NCBI GenBank assembly: GCA_027604505.1
Contig: JADIIX010000023.1
Span: 1 to 64,000, forward strand
Source: Gonapodya sp. JEL0774
Lineage: Eukaryota
DNA: 64,000 nucleotides
Reading direction: 5' to 3'
Below the pieces are notes generated by a model. The model was not told the origin of the DNA. It made no database searches and saw only the letters and a list, made by a program, of their open reading frames with translations. The stretch's first letter is position 1, and each line of letters opens with the position of its first letter. Below, piece by piece: positions 23,764-37,159 of this stretch. The translations under genes were made by a program, and so were the position numbers.

Positions 23764-26700
23764 CTAAGCCAACAGGTCTTCTTCCAACAATGGCACTTTC
23801 AAGATGTGCGTCCCATTTGCGTTCTCGTAGTAGTACGATCCGTCAGCAAATTTCCAATAATCGTCACCCTACCAAGGGGAGTAATAAAAATATGAAACCA
23901 CTGTGTTGATGTGCGTGGGTGACATACCGTAAAATTTTTTCCTTGGTAGATTGATGTTAGCCATTGACCTTTATTGGTCTCCAACAGCAGCCTTCCGTCC
24001 GCTGTTCTCCTGACAATATTATTTCTATATCGATGAATGATGCCGTTTTCCCACAACTTTGCCGTCCCCGAGTTGTTGTCCAGGTCCACGGCGGTTATGG
24101 CGGTCTCCGCGATACTCTCTGTTTCCAACTTTTTGTCGTGGGCAGTCGCAACGCTCTCGGCGTCACTCTCAGCACCATCTTCTAAATAGCGTGTGGCGAG
24201 AGACTTGACATGTGCCCATTGGTTGAACAGAGCAGGTGCACTCCTCTCTGGAAGGTTCAGAGTCCGTGTCCACTTCTTTCCAGTGGGCAAAACAGAGGCC
24301 ACCATGTCCGCGGGGTTATTAAAACGATAGGGCGGCAAACTCTGCAACGTGCTGTCTGCCGGAATCGCTACAGAGATGTGGACACTCGGCTCATATGCAA
24401 GCGTCGATGGAGTCCCAGGTGCTCCACCGTCCTTGTTTGCTGTGGCGGGCGACTTCTGCGAGCCGGACAAACGGGAGCGTTCCCATTTAGCTCGAATCCA
24501 CAGCTCCATACGCACAAGAGCCCGGTGCTCGTCAGCGCTTGTTACGTCCTGCTGAAGGAAATATCCGTGCCGCCACGTTTGGGTCGCGCGAGCCCAAAAC
24601 TTGCCTGCAAACATAAAAGTTGCCCGGGGAACGTCGCCAAATGCCATTGACTCCACCCTGCAGCGTTGCACGTGAGTTGACCGGACAGGACTCATCTTGG
24701 GACCGAACACTCACTGAACAGAGATCTTCCAATTTCGGAAATTAACGAGGACCGGTTCTCCACGATCCAAGAACGTTTTCGTTTTCATCTTCGAGTTGAG
24801 AACAGGCACATTGTAGGTTGACAGGACCATCAAACGTTGATAAACTTTTGGCACCATTAGGAGTTTTGGGATGCCTGATTCTCATTGTTAGTTTTTCTTC
24901 CAACTTCCTTTTCTAAAGATTGACGCACCTTCAACCTGGTGCCGGTGAAAACCATTTCCTTCTTCCAGGGATTTCAAAATCACCTCGGAAACCAGCCTGC
25001 TGTTAGTACCGTACAACAAGTACACAGAGAGTGCAGCGCTTTCCACTAGACGAAGAACTTTTAGAGGCATTTGTTTCCTGTTCGACAAATCTTTCACCCA
25101 CCCGTGACCCAGTCGAATGTTGTACAGCACCAAATGGAGGTGTTCGGGAAAAGCAACACCAACTCTTCTTGGATTGCAGCGTCCGGAGGTGGAACGTGTG
25201 TTTTCCAGATGAAGTTCTTGGGGGTCGTTTCTTTGAAATACCCTTGGCACCCCCAGCGGGACCCAAAACGTACTTCAGCGATACGCGGGGGTCCCACTTC
25301 CATGAAGAAGGGTACTGCCGGCATCCGATAATATTTTGACACTTCGTGTGATTCGTTACTGTTATTCGAACGCACCAGTCACCGAAAGCTCAACCTCTGC
25401 TACGTGTCCAACAATACCAGACTTAGGACTTAGGCATAGAGATGCAATAGGAGCCACGATCGTCTCCTGGGTTGTGGGGATTTGGTTCGAAATCGACGGT
25501 GGTGGCTGGGGTTCACGCGTGGGGGGAGGTGCTGGCGGTGTCGTGCCAGAAGGACTTTCGAAAATGATAGGTGAAACTGGTTAGAGATTAGCTTGGGTGA
25601 GATGAGTTATCAGAGTCAGACCAAACGACTCGCCCACCATCTACTGGCAGAGCACCCAGTGGATCAACGTGAGCTTTTAGTACGGCAAAATCTTTGCAAT
25701 ATTCGATGAGAGTAAGGTTAAGCCTTACTTGTGCACGTTTTAAGATGCTTTTTCATGTCAGATTTCAGGTTTTGTCTTTTTTTGCAGTGAACCATGGAGT
25801 TCAACAAACGATATTGGACAGAGAACGCCAGCATCACCCACTTTGCAAATATTGCAAATGAAATGGCAAAAGCCTTTACCATGAGCCAATGCGTAGCGTA
25901 GAAAGTCTGTCGCCTCCTTGCCCTTCTTGTTCTGTGAACCATCTTTAGTTTGAGTCGTTTTGGGTTGGCGAACTGACGTTTGCGCAATTTTCAGATGCAA
26001 GGACCCACATGCCTTCTCCAAAACGACAAGCCACCTAAGGTCTTTGCGGTGGTGCGCCCGGAGGTGGGACACCAACGTGCAATTTTTCTTATCATAAATC
26101 TTCTTCCCGAAGTTTTCTCCGTCAGAGTAAACCGGACAATCACCCTTTTGGTGGACGTTGTGCGCGACGCAGGTGAAATCCTTCTTGCAAAAGGGACATC
26201 GGAGCTTAATCTGTAGTCAAGGACAGTTTGAATTCTTAAAGGCAACCCTCATTTGTCCAACACCCCCTTGCCTTCTATACACACGTCGTCCCTGTAGTGT
26301 CTCTTGTCTTGCGTAATCGAAGATGATGCAGAGCCGCCAACCGCGTTGTTCTCGTGGTAACCACCGTCTCCCCTGGAATGAAGGTTTGGGAACGAGCTAG
26401 GGAAATTGCGACTGGTGTCGGAGTTCGACGGCGATTCCGAAAGCCTCATGGAGGAATCCTCGTTGCTGTCACAGTCATCCGTGTGCACAAGGGTGTCCTG
26501 GGATGAGCTTGACATGGAGCGGCTCGAAGACGAATGGTGAAATTCCGTAGCGTTCCTGGCGAGAGCAGACATGAAAATACGGGATAAGAGTTGGCAGAAA
26601 TCCGCCCTGGGGAACCCATATGTATGCGGTTGCTGTTCTGGGGTCAGCTGACCGCGCTGTGGTGCATGTGGTCACAGTCAGTCAGAAACAGGGCACTGAC

Positions 26701-26912
26701 CCTTCAGGTTCTTCCCCCTCCGATCTGATTGCGCTATGGTCACAGTCAGAACAGGGCTCTAACCCTTTCTCCCTTTCTTTCGTTTTCTGCGCAGTCAGCT
26801 GACTGCAAAAGTGTCCCATAAAAACCCCAAGATGCGGGCTATCTTGCAGACAGAACTCAGACAGAAAACGAAGCATGACCATCGATCGCTTCAGCGACAC
26901 AGCCAGTGACAC
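23764..26912 (-). CDS. Multi-exon orphan gene with two long-spacer zinc-finger-like motifs; may be disrupted; 5' end uncertain (could extend to ~27600)
   Basis: Exons joined by GT..AG include CPFC-x40-HLRAHH (~26200-26050), CNIC...KHLKTC (~25860-25730), a P-rich linker, the 24710-23930 exon and a last exon GDDYWKFADGSYYYENANGTHILKVPLLEEDLLA*. Confidence 0.5.
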
Positions 26913-28203
26913 CTCAGATGATACGTCAAGCTCCCAAGGATCCGATAGCTGTAAGCATGCCTAGAACACTCTCTTCACTTGGTTGGGTCGGGTACTCATT
27001 GGACTTTCCCTGGCCTCCTGCATCTCAGCTGTCGACGATCTTACAAGCCGAGTCCAGGGTCTCCATTTGAGTTACCCAGCCGCCGAGTCTTCGCGACCGG
27101 CCATTGCTCGCTATGGGCGCAACCACGCCGTACGTATAGTGTCACTCTCTGGGTGTTATTCGTGCTGACCGGATCCTCTTTTGCCGTTACTCCTCAAAGG
27201 GCCACATACACGTGACCTTCAACAACGGCGATTATGGCTACGACAATGGAAATTCTGTGGTCCATGTCTCTAGCAATGGAAGGTACAATCTCCGTGTTCG
27301 CAGGCCCGCTGCAATGGCCACTGGCGCGATACTTGCTGTCGACCATGGAACGAACCGTTTGGTACGTTGTCGGGGGAGATAAGACCATATAGCGCACTGA
27401 TCTGACTCTGCCCGCCTGCGTTGGGCAACACACTAACATATAGGGAAATCGTTGGACCAGATACTCCGACGGGTGGGTGAAGTACGAGAACAGGGACGGT
27501 TCGGTCCGCTGGCACAAGACAGAGGAATGGCGCTACATTAGTTATTAGTGATCTCGAAACAATTGGAGAACCAGCGATTGTCACAAGAGAATTTTTGTTT
27601 TCCTCTTTTCTTGCTCGGCTCCGTCCTCTTGTTTGTTCCACATCTCCTCAATGACGAAGCCCCGTCCACCATCATTCACCGTATTATACCGTATTATAAT
27701 AACTCCCAACCTCTCGCATAGAAAATCCTAAAAGAGTGAGACATTTGGCACTTGCGACACCAAAAGATTAAGATACCGATTATCACGCTGCCATCGGGCA
27801 ATGTTACATCGAGGTTGGACCGGACCTTCAGTGAGGAGAAATCTGTTCTCGATAAGAGTACCATAAAATTTTGGCATATCTACAAACTTCACTATGTATG
27901 TCTTAAGGACACGCCTGCGTTAGAGCTCTTTCAATATCAGAGAGTACCGGGAGCGGAGCTGATTGGAAGACCCAGCATTCGATGCGCTCTGTTATGTAAA
28001 TTCCAAAAATAGATTAGCCAAAGATACTGACGCATGGGTTCATCGGCGAGCTGTTTCAAAAATGATCGCCAAGTAGTCTATTGTCAAATTATCCCACAGA
28101 GACGCTCAGTGCAGCCTGCTGTTGGTGTATTCGCCAACCCCACTTTGCCCCTCCTCCAATCACAATTTCCCCCGAATCTTCCCCCATCTGCCTCGAGAAC
28201 GTC

Positions 28204-30327
28204 ATGGACGTGAGAGTCTAATAGATAAAACTCTGATGGCCATGTATTCTGCGTTTGCGGCTTCAAATCAGTGGCTGATTCTTTCCTCTTCCACACCTTT
28301 CCCGCGATCGTTCCCACTTCCTTCCCCACACCAACTTGTCGTGTGATTCTCATCGAAATCTCTAATTGTTCTTGGATATTTGCATTTCTGATGCTGGGGA
28401 AGCCTTCGACTGAACATGTGGATCCTGTGACTGCTCCCAAGCCAACGGAAGATTCGGACGACCCCGATGTTTTGTGGAAGTCCATCGAGGCCACACTCGG
28501 TGCGCTTGGAGTCTCTACAGACTCTCCACCGTCTCCCGTTCTGCCCACGGCCCCGGAAGCAAAAGCGGAACCAGCAGCCATACTGAACCCGGATGCCACG
28601 GATTTTGCCCCTGGCTCTGCTGCCTCTCCTGCGAAGCCCATTGATTGGGGGACGAGTGAAATGGACGAAGAAAATGAGGAAGATGATGGTGTTAATGACG
28701 GTAATGAGGAAGCGAAAACGGACTCCGAGGTTCCCTCTCCGGCCTCGCCAGACTCCACGCCGAATTCGTCGCCCCGTGGACGACGTGGTGGCCGTGTTGG
28801 AGGCCGCGGATCGCGAGGTCGCGGGAGAGGTCGTGGAAACGCAGTTCAGAGTACAGGCACGGGCTGGGATGGCGAAGGGCAGGACCATTCTTCCCCTGCT
28901 GTGGGAGGGACTGGAGGATGGGATGGCGAAGACACCTCGGCTGTATCGCCCAGCACTCGTGGTCGGGGTGGATTCAGAGGGGCTAGGGGAGGGAACAAGG
29001 CCAATTGGCACGATGATAGAGCCGAGGATAAGGTCAGTATTGCGAAAACCTGGTGCAGATGATCATTTGTTGGGGTCAACTATTGGACTTTTTCAACAAG
29101 AGTTCTAACGATAGCTTTATATCAATTTGTTCCATCAGAACTCCAACAACCCCACAGATCGCCCTCGCATTTCTTCCTCTCAGTTTGTCCAGGCGGCCAC
29201 CGGTGGTCTTCTCGGCCGTAAGGTGGATCCCATCATCGACAGTCGCCAACCTATTTTAAGCCAAAAGGACGTCGGAAAGCCACCTCAGTCTCCCCCGAAA
29301 GCTGGAGAGGCAGGTGGAAGGAAGGTGGTGGCTGTGAGTGTTATCCGGTCAAGAGAGAAATTGTGGGGTTCTTTGCTCACTACGATTAAAGTCCCCTGTC
29401 CCACCGCGCTCGCCGCCGTCCCAGTCCCCAGTCCCATCTGCTGGCTCGCCTACATCATCCTCTCCTGCCCCCACAACCGCACCAGCGGGCTCGCAAACCG
29501 AAAACCCCGCCAACACTCCCAAGCAACGACCAACTCAAATTCAACCACATACCGCCCGTCAGCCTGACGCTGCTTTGGAAGCCAAGCTCGCTGCTGCCCG
29601 AGCGCGCAATGCTGAGATTATGCAGCGCAGACTGGCTCAGGAGGAGGACGAGTTGACGTTTCGACGGGAAGTGGAGAGGAAGAAGGAGCTGGAAGAGGAG
29701 AAAAGGAAGGAGGAGGAGGCGAGGAGGAAAAAGGAGAAGGAGGAACTTAAAGAGCAGATGTAAGTATGATATCAGCGCCCCTTGTTGGTTCAGACCCTGA
29801 AATTTTCCTGCCATCACAATAGGTCTGAGCGTCAGGCCAACCTCGACCGAAAAATGAAGCTTGCCTCTGCTCGCGAATGGGATAGTGGCAAGAATGCTGC
29901 CGATTTCGAGGTTGGAGACGAGAAGGGCGTTCGAAGGGACAACCGTGGTCCCCGGCGGGATACGAACAGGGAAAAGGAAGGACCGGCGCCGAGAGATGGT
30001 GGTGGGGAGAGGGACAGGCACGGACAAGGGGGGATGAGGAGCGACCGTTTGGAGGATGCCGGCTCAGGAGGCGGTATGAGGTCAGAAGGTGGTGGCGGGG
30101 GGTGGAGGGGAAAGGGGCGGGAGGGTGAGAGAGGTCGTGGGAGAGGTGGGCGAGGCGGTGGCGGTGGAGCAAGAGGAGAGGGCAAAGACGACGGCGAGAA
30201 GGAGAACAAGGGTAGGGAAAAGGGGGAGAAGGAGCTGAAGGAGGCAAAGGAGGCGCAAGAGGACAAGAAGGACGCCGGAGCTGCCACTGAGAAATCCGCC
30301 GCTTCAGGTTGGGGTTCCGGCTACTGA
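28204..30327 (+). CDS. RGG-rich, coiled-coil putative RNA-binding protein (CCDC9-like motif); start uncertain (28204 or 28391)
   Basis: RGG tracts; LEAKLAAARARNAEIMQRRLAQEEDELTF; ERQANLDRKMKLASAREWDSGK. Confidence 0.7.
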
Positions 30328-32125
30328 GTCAAAGGCTACATCAGCCGTTTGCCTCTCCGGAAATCGAATTCCTACTCTTTCTTCATCGTGAATAGACGAA
30401 CCACCAACTGAGGACAGACCCCGGAGAATGCAATGCTTGGGACGGTGCTTTTGCAGTCGCTGTGCTGTTCGAGAGAGACTTTTTTGTCTGAATGAATGTT
30501 TGGGAGAGATGGAAGACTGACCGGGGATGGACACTGAAAGAACTTAACATATAAATCAAATAGGAAAACACGCGGGCCAGAAATCCTTTTTACCTTTTTG
30601 TACTTGTTTTGTTATAAAATTGCAAACGTCGAATATGGTACAATGAATGGTGGCAGCTGCACCTTGCACACTCTCTTACAAACCCCGACTGGGCCGGATT
30701 TTCAGGCCGCTTCAATTCGATGACTCCCTGCACGTCGATGGCATCGCAAGATGACCGTCAGGCAGAGGGACCTGTACATCCCGCCAAGACGTTAGGAGTC
30801 GAACGGGCCGGGCTGCTGCGCGTTGCAGCTCCGACAGACGCCTCAACACGAGAGCGATGGTTTCCCTCTCATGCACCCTTGGGGGGGATGGGTACGAGTC
30901 ATTCTGTAGCTCGAGTGAATGGAAGTCGGGGTTTGGGGTAACCTCAAGGGCACTCGGGCAAGGGTCGACGCATGTCTTTGTCAAGAGATGATATCTTTGG
31001 TGTCTTCTTTTGGACCTTGCCTGGGAACTTTTGTTATTGAAAACTTAAATCAATGAAGCTTCAATACGCTGTAAGAGTCTGCAAGGCTCTCAGTTAACCC
31101 AAGTGGAGGGTGGATGTGGATGAATTGGTGAATGTACATGGCGATAGTCAGAACCCAACAAGAGTGACGAAATGTCGACTTCGCCGTCAGAAGATTCGAG
31201 TGAGAGCACAAGGTGCCCTTCCGAGGTTTCTGACTCTGCCTTGAACGTTCACTAGCGATAAGTCAGGACATTCGGTTGGTGGTTCCATTACAAGGAAGCG
31301 CGCGTTCGGTTACAAGAAAGCGCGCCTCCTCGTTTGTTGAATGACACCATCCTATTTCTAGAAGAGAGCATGAATGGAAGGGAGTGAAAAGTTCTTTTGT
31401 TTTTCGTAAATCTCATTGTGTTTACTACTCTTCCACCAGGTCCTTCGCAACCGCTCTCCTCAACCGTTACAAACTTTCGATTTTAAATGCGTGTTTGGAC
31501 ATCGGAGAGACCGCAGTTGGCCAAAATCCCCCCAAGCTATGGATTGTGTCGATACTAAATACTCCAAATCCTCCCAGCGCACCGAGGCCGGACGGTAGAG
31601 TTCCCCAGTCCATGAAGAGAAAGAGAACATCAACCGAACGCTAAACTGCAGTCACCGATGATGGAACAGCCTAGCGTCGAGGACGTATATTTGTCAGGAT
31701 CTTGTTCTCGGGAGGTCCGTCGCCTAGTTTTGCACCGTGCACGACCGCAGGTGAGGCTGGACTAGCTGGGTCCTGTGTGCCCAAGCCAGGTTCACAAAAT
31801 CGGGGTACTGTCTGGCACGAACCGGACAAAAGACCCAGCCGGGGTTTATATGGGAGTGTGCAAGGTGCAGCTGCCACCATTCATTGTACTACTTTCGTGG
31901 AAACTTCAAAATGAAGTAGAAAATGCAAAGCAAAAGCAAAGCAAAAAGGAAAGCACCAGGGCGGATTAGTCTCAGATGGATTTGAGGGCAATGCGAGCAC
32001 TTTCAAATTTACGAAGGCAGACATTCCTACAGAGGCAAACAGCATCATCGACTTGAACAATGATTTATATACAGTGGTGACCTAATACAACGATGAAAGC
32101 AGTAGCAGTTCCAAGCGCTGTCCGC

Positions 32126-33568
32126 TCATTCGCCAACTATACCTGCAGCTTCTACACCCTCGGCTTCGCCAACTTTTCGCTTCCCCAACACTGTTGAAGT
32201 ACCGTGTGCACCGTTCCCACTCACGGCAAGGTCCTTTCCACCGCCAATACCAGCACCACCACCGTTCCCTGTAGATCCAAACCCACCGCCACCAGCAAGG
32301 CCCATCATCATCGCCAACGTTCTCGCCTCATAGTCCTCAGTAGTGAGACCTATGCCCATCCCTCCTGAGGCCGTTCTCGCACTCGCTCCGATAGTGTCCC
32401 CTGCACCGGCAGCTGCAACCCCAGTGCCCATCTTGGCTTTGGCCCTCGCCTCCTTCCATTTGGCGATCGACTCAGGTTCCCTACCGTCAATGTACCGCGC
32501 CTCCCACCCTGCCAACGGCCCGAGCGCTGCCTTTGTCGACCGCGCTCGTGAGTCCGCGTCCATGTCCGCGTCGGTGCCGCAGGCTAAGGCTTCGTAAGCG
32601 GCGACCACGCCCTCCACGGTTCTGAATACGGCGAGCGCCTTGACTTTTTCGGCTTTATCGCGCTTCTTGCTGTCTTTGGCGTCCTTGCTGTCCTCATCGC
32701 GGGACTTGGATTTGGATTTGGACTCTTTCGGTGGTAAGATGGCGACGTGGGCGACGGGGCCGAAGCGGGCAAGGAGTGCCAGGAGGCGGGGTTGGGTCCA
32801 CGGGGGGTACGGAGTGGATGACGAAGGGGGTTGAAAGCGGAGAGAAAGGCTGAGGTCGGCGTCGGTGAAGTGGAAAGATGGCATCGGGGATGGCGCAGCT
32901 GGGTTGAAAGGCGAGCAAAGGCGAAGGAGTGAATAAAGTGAGCAAAGTAGATCAGAATTGAGAAAAACAAGGATACAGCAGGACCTCGGGACCCACCCGA
33001 CACTCTCACGCAAACTCACATCTAGCGACTTCTTGTCGCGCACGCTCGACAGCCAGCATCTTCGCCTGCTCCATCTCTCTGAGTCTTCGAAGGCCATCCT
33101 CCCTCAGTCTTTCAATGTCCATTTTCATTTTTAGATCGTCGTCCAGGTCCTGCTTCCTCTTCTTCCTGGCTTCCTCCTCGCGTGCCTCGAGGTCACTTCT
33201 GAGTTTTTTCCGACCAGCATCAAGTTGTTCGAAGCGAGCTTTTTGAGCTAGTCGAGCGCGGTGGAGGGTGTCGTAGGGTGCGCGACGCTCTGGATCGGAA
33301 AGAACGTCGTACGCTTTGGTGAGGAGGAGGAACTGTTCGGCAGCCTCTTTGTTGTCCGGACCAACTTTGTCCGGGTGGACGAGGAGGGCTTTCTTCCTGG
33401 ATGTTGATTGGACACGTTTCCAGAAGCAAAGTGGAGGTTAGAAACACGGAAGGACAGTCTGAGGATGCTCATGCACGGGACTGACCTGTATGCGCGAGCA
33501 ATATCCTTGGTTTCGGCTTCGACAGAGACACCCAGGAGAGCATAGTAGTCTAATTCCTCTGCTGCCAT
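32126..33568 (-). CDS. CWC23: J-domain spliceosomal co-chaperone Cwc23/DNAJC17 (J domain plus degenerate RRM)
   Basis: DYYALLGVS...IARAYR|KKALLVHPDK...AYDVLSDPERRAPYD, RKKLRSDLEAREE, LLARFGPV, ALAVFRTVEG, EDYEARTL. Confidence 0.9.
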
Positions 33569-33841
33569 ATGAGAGAAACGGGGAAAGAAACGGCACGAAC
33601 CGGGTGAAGACGACGGCTAGAAGGGAGCGCGGACGATCTAAAATGAGAGAATAAGTGGGGCGTGCGGGCACGGCGAGCACTGAGAACAAAGCGAGTTTCT
33701 CTAGCGTTGGCGATGGCAGAATTCCGATAAAATTTGGTTGAAATTTTGAGGAATGGGAATTCGTCGGTGCTGCGCTTTTGATCGACCACAGCTGCTCAAA
33801 CACCTCTCCTCTCTTCTTCTCACCTTCGTGTGAGCACAATA

Positions 33842-36637
33842 ATGCCAGACTCTGAGCAATCCACACCTTCTGCAACACCTGATGACGGCAAAAATGTCAG
33901 AGCTCAAAAGGCGGAAAAGTACAGGAAAATGTTTTTGCGCGACGTCAAGCGCGGAAAGCCTGGCCATCCTAGCCAGAACAAAGGAAAAGACCAGAGTGGG
34001 GGCATGTCCGCGTCGGAAATAAAAAAGAAGATTAGAGACACAGAGAGAACGATGGCAAAGGTGAGCTCTTTCCTCGACGCTGGTGGTGGTGATGGAGAAG
34101 GTGGAAGCATGCAAGTGCAAGGAGCCGCTGAAAGTGGGCACGGTAGACCAGTGAATGGCGATTTAAAGCAATTTTCTTTTATGGTGGCTGTGTTTTTACG
34201 GCTTCCTGTTCCTCCTCGTCACCATCCTCGTTCATGTCGCTGTTCTTGTCTGATCCACTTCAATTCGTTTACCCAATCTCCCACCTCTCAAAGCCCGATC
34301 TGCCCCCACGTACTGCCCAAGATCTCGAACGCCGACTCCGCCATCTCCGCATTCAATTGGACAGACTGGAGCGTGATAGACGATATGCTGCCAAGGAAAA
34401 GGAGTACGGAGAAAAGTACAAGATGGTCCGGTTCGTTGGTGCGTTTGACTCGGGGTAAAGCATACTATTGTGTCACGTGCACCTGGAGTGTGGTGGTGGT
34501 GTAGCACAGCGAAATATGTGGTCGCTGATGGAATGGAGGGGGATGTTGCGAAGCAATCACTCGGAATCGAACGCCACTCCTGGACGTGGGCCAGCCGTCA
34601 AAAGGGATAGGCCCTGGTGCAATTCCGTCATGGTCGCAATGCTCCGCGACGGTTTCCGGTATCCATACACGACATGAGTACTGGAGTGATTCTGAAGAGT
34701 CGGATAAGAACGTAAACACCGAGGCGGCCCACCTCTGACGCGGAACTGTACTGCTCCGATTGCATCGCTCACCATGACTCGCAACATCCCTCTTCAATAT
34801 CCCTTCTTTGCACGTTACGTTGGTAACTCACCACTGCCTGCCACTCCTGAACCCCGCCGCAGAGCGTCAAAAGCTCACCCGCACTGTCCACCGGCTCGAA
34901 CGCCAGCTCGCATCCCCTGCGACCGCCGACGCTCCCTCGAACAAAAAGGACCTGGAACACCAGCTCGAGGAAGCGAGGGTTGGGTTGTTGTATTGTATGG
35001 TGTGTTACTTCCCACCAGTTCCGAGCTGAATATTGAGTTGCTGGTCTTGAAATGATTGTGTTTCGGTGAACGTGCTTGTCACATGTGCTCCTGTTCTATT
35101 GTGTATCTTAATGGTTGACATTGGAAGTGGTTTTGGAGTTTGCGGGCAGCGCGACCAGGAGCCATCACCCCCGGCTGACCTGTTCTCCGCCCTTCGTCCG
35201 CCCTTCCCTCAGTACTACCCCACTTTCCTCAAATACGTCTCCCTCTTCACCCCTGTGGGAACTCCTTCTCCCTCCACCTCCACCTCCGCGGGAACTTCTT
35301 CCGACTCCGTTTCGGACCGTTCCGACACCGACTCTGACTCGGACTCGGACTCGGACGCAAACGCCGACTCTGCCCCAGATCCTTCCACACCCGCACGTCC
35401 CCGCCGCAACCCAACCCGGGACCCTGCGTTCCTTCTCGCCACCGTGAAACAGGCCATACGTGCGCTCCTTCCTCTCTCGAGTTCGAGCTCGACCTCCACC
35501 GCTGCCGCAGCCACCCCTCTACAATCTGCGTCCGCCTCCGTGTCCAAAACTGTCGCCGCGAAGGGTCAAGTGGTGTTCCCGAATGGGTGGATGGTCGACA
35601 GGACTTTTGGATCGAGGGTTGGGGAGGAGGTGAAGAGGAGGATCGAGGCAAGTAGGGTGGTGAAGGAAGGAGCGGTGCCCAAGATGAACAAGAAAGCGGA
35701 ATCGAGTGGGGTTAAGAGGGATCGCGCAGGGAAGAAGGAGGTGGAGGCTCAAAATCATGGGACGGTTGATAAGGCTGGAAAGAGTGAAGCTGCCGCTCCC
35801 AAAGCCACGTCTATACACGCAAAAGAGCAACAAAATGTACCACCCTCTGGAAAGCTAGCCACCACAACATCGACCACCGAACCGAAACCCACCAGCAAAC
35901 CCACCAGCAAACCGCAAAAGCCCAAACCAGCACCTTTCACGACCCACACCGGCCTCCGCGCCCCTCCACGTGCGCCGTCTCCCTCCCCGCCACCGACTGG
36001 TGCAGCAGTATGGGAAGAAGACTATTTTTTTGCGAAACCTGCGGGTGCGGGCGGTGACGAGCATGAGGACGAGAAGAGTGAGGTGAAAGCACCCCCGCCT
36101 GCCACACGAATCGGAATTTTGGGGGCGGGTAAGAGGAAGCGGGAGTTTTCAGGACCGGACAGTGATGGGAGCAGTGACGATGGGAAAGATGAAGAAACCG
36201 GAAAGAGGCGTGCTGGAGCTGGGAGTGGACGGGGTAGAGGAAAGAGCAGAGGAGCAAAGATTGCGAGGGGCTCCTTCTCGGGAGGACGGGGCGAAGGCGG
36301 ATTTGCATATGGGTCGGCAATGTCCCATTCTTCGACCTTTGTCGACCGGGAACCGGCGACGCAGAAGCCTTCGGCAATGCACATGCGCTTCGATGGGGGC
36401 TCTGACGACGAGGGAGCGCGGAGTAAGCGTAAGGCGCCCAGGGGCGGATTGGCTGATGGTGTTGGCAAAGACAATTATGGAGTCGCGGGGGCGAGCTCCA
36501 GTAAGAGTGAGAGGGATGAAGAGCCAGAGGTTGGAAAATTTGTGCGGGCAGTGGGTGGAGTAGGGTTCGGGTCCCGTGTGGGAAAAAAGAGGAACAGGAA
36601 AGGAGGATCGGGAAACGGGAGAGGGAGGGGACAGTAG
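33842..36637 (+). CDS. EFG1: rRNA-processing protein Efg1 with long disordered C-terminal extension
   Basis: SEIKKKIRDTER..|DLPPRTAQDLERRL...KYKMVRFV|ERQKLTR...ARVGLLYCM|YYPTFLKYVSLF. Confidence 0.92.
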
Positions 36638-37159
36638 CGTGCTACGTTAACTGCTATTTCGGTACTCAATGAATACAAACAGGAGTGTCTGGCCACTGTC
36701 TGAGTGGACATCATCAGTCCACGGTTTTCGCGTACGGTGTGACGGCATTCATAGGGGTTCTAGTCAGATGTGGAGATTGCTCTTCCATTAATTGTTCACA
36801 CATACTTCAATTCTGAGCCTCTGTGCTTTCACCAAGACATGCAGGGTTTTTTGTTGTAGCTCCAGATCTCTGGTTTGATATTATCAAATTAAGTTCCAGT
36901 TTCATTATCTCATGAATCAGTCAGTGGTTGGAAATCTGTGGGGAATAAGAGACAATCTGTCCCAATATCCTGCAATGTACTGAAGTATGTAATCCACCTC
37001 CAAAGCACGAAGTGTAGATGGCAAGTGGACTTCAGGTGGTGTCCAACATATAGCAAAATCTCATAAGGATCTTGTGGACAAAACGATCAGTATATGATAA
37101 ATGGTTGATGAATAGTCTGGAATGGTTATCGCAAGCCTTCTTCTGAGTGGTGCAAATTT

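Noticed and set aside
25776..25783. A_AAA_AAG slippery heptamer (minus strand) as a programmed -1 frameshift
   Set aside because: The -1 frame hits TGA within three codons; the continuing frame is +1.
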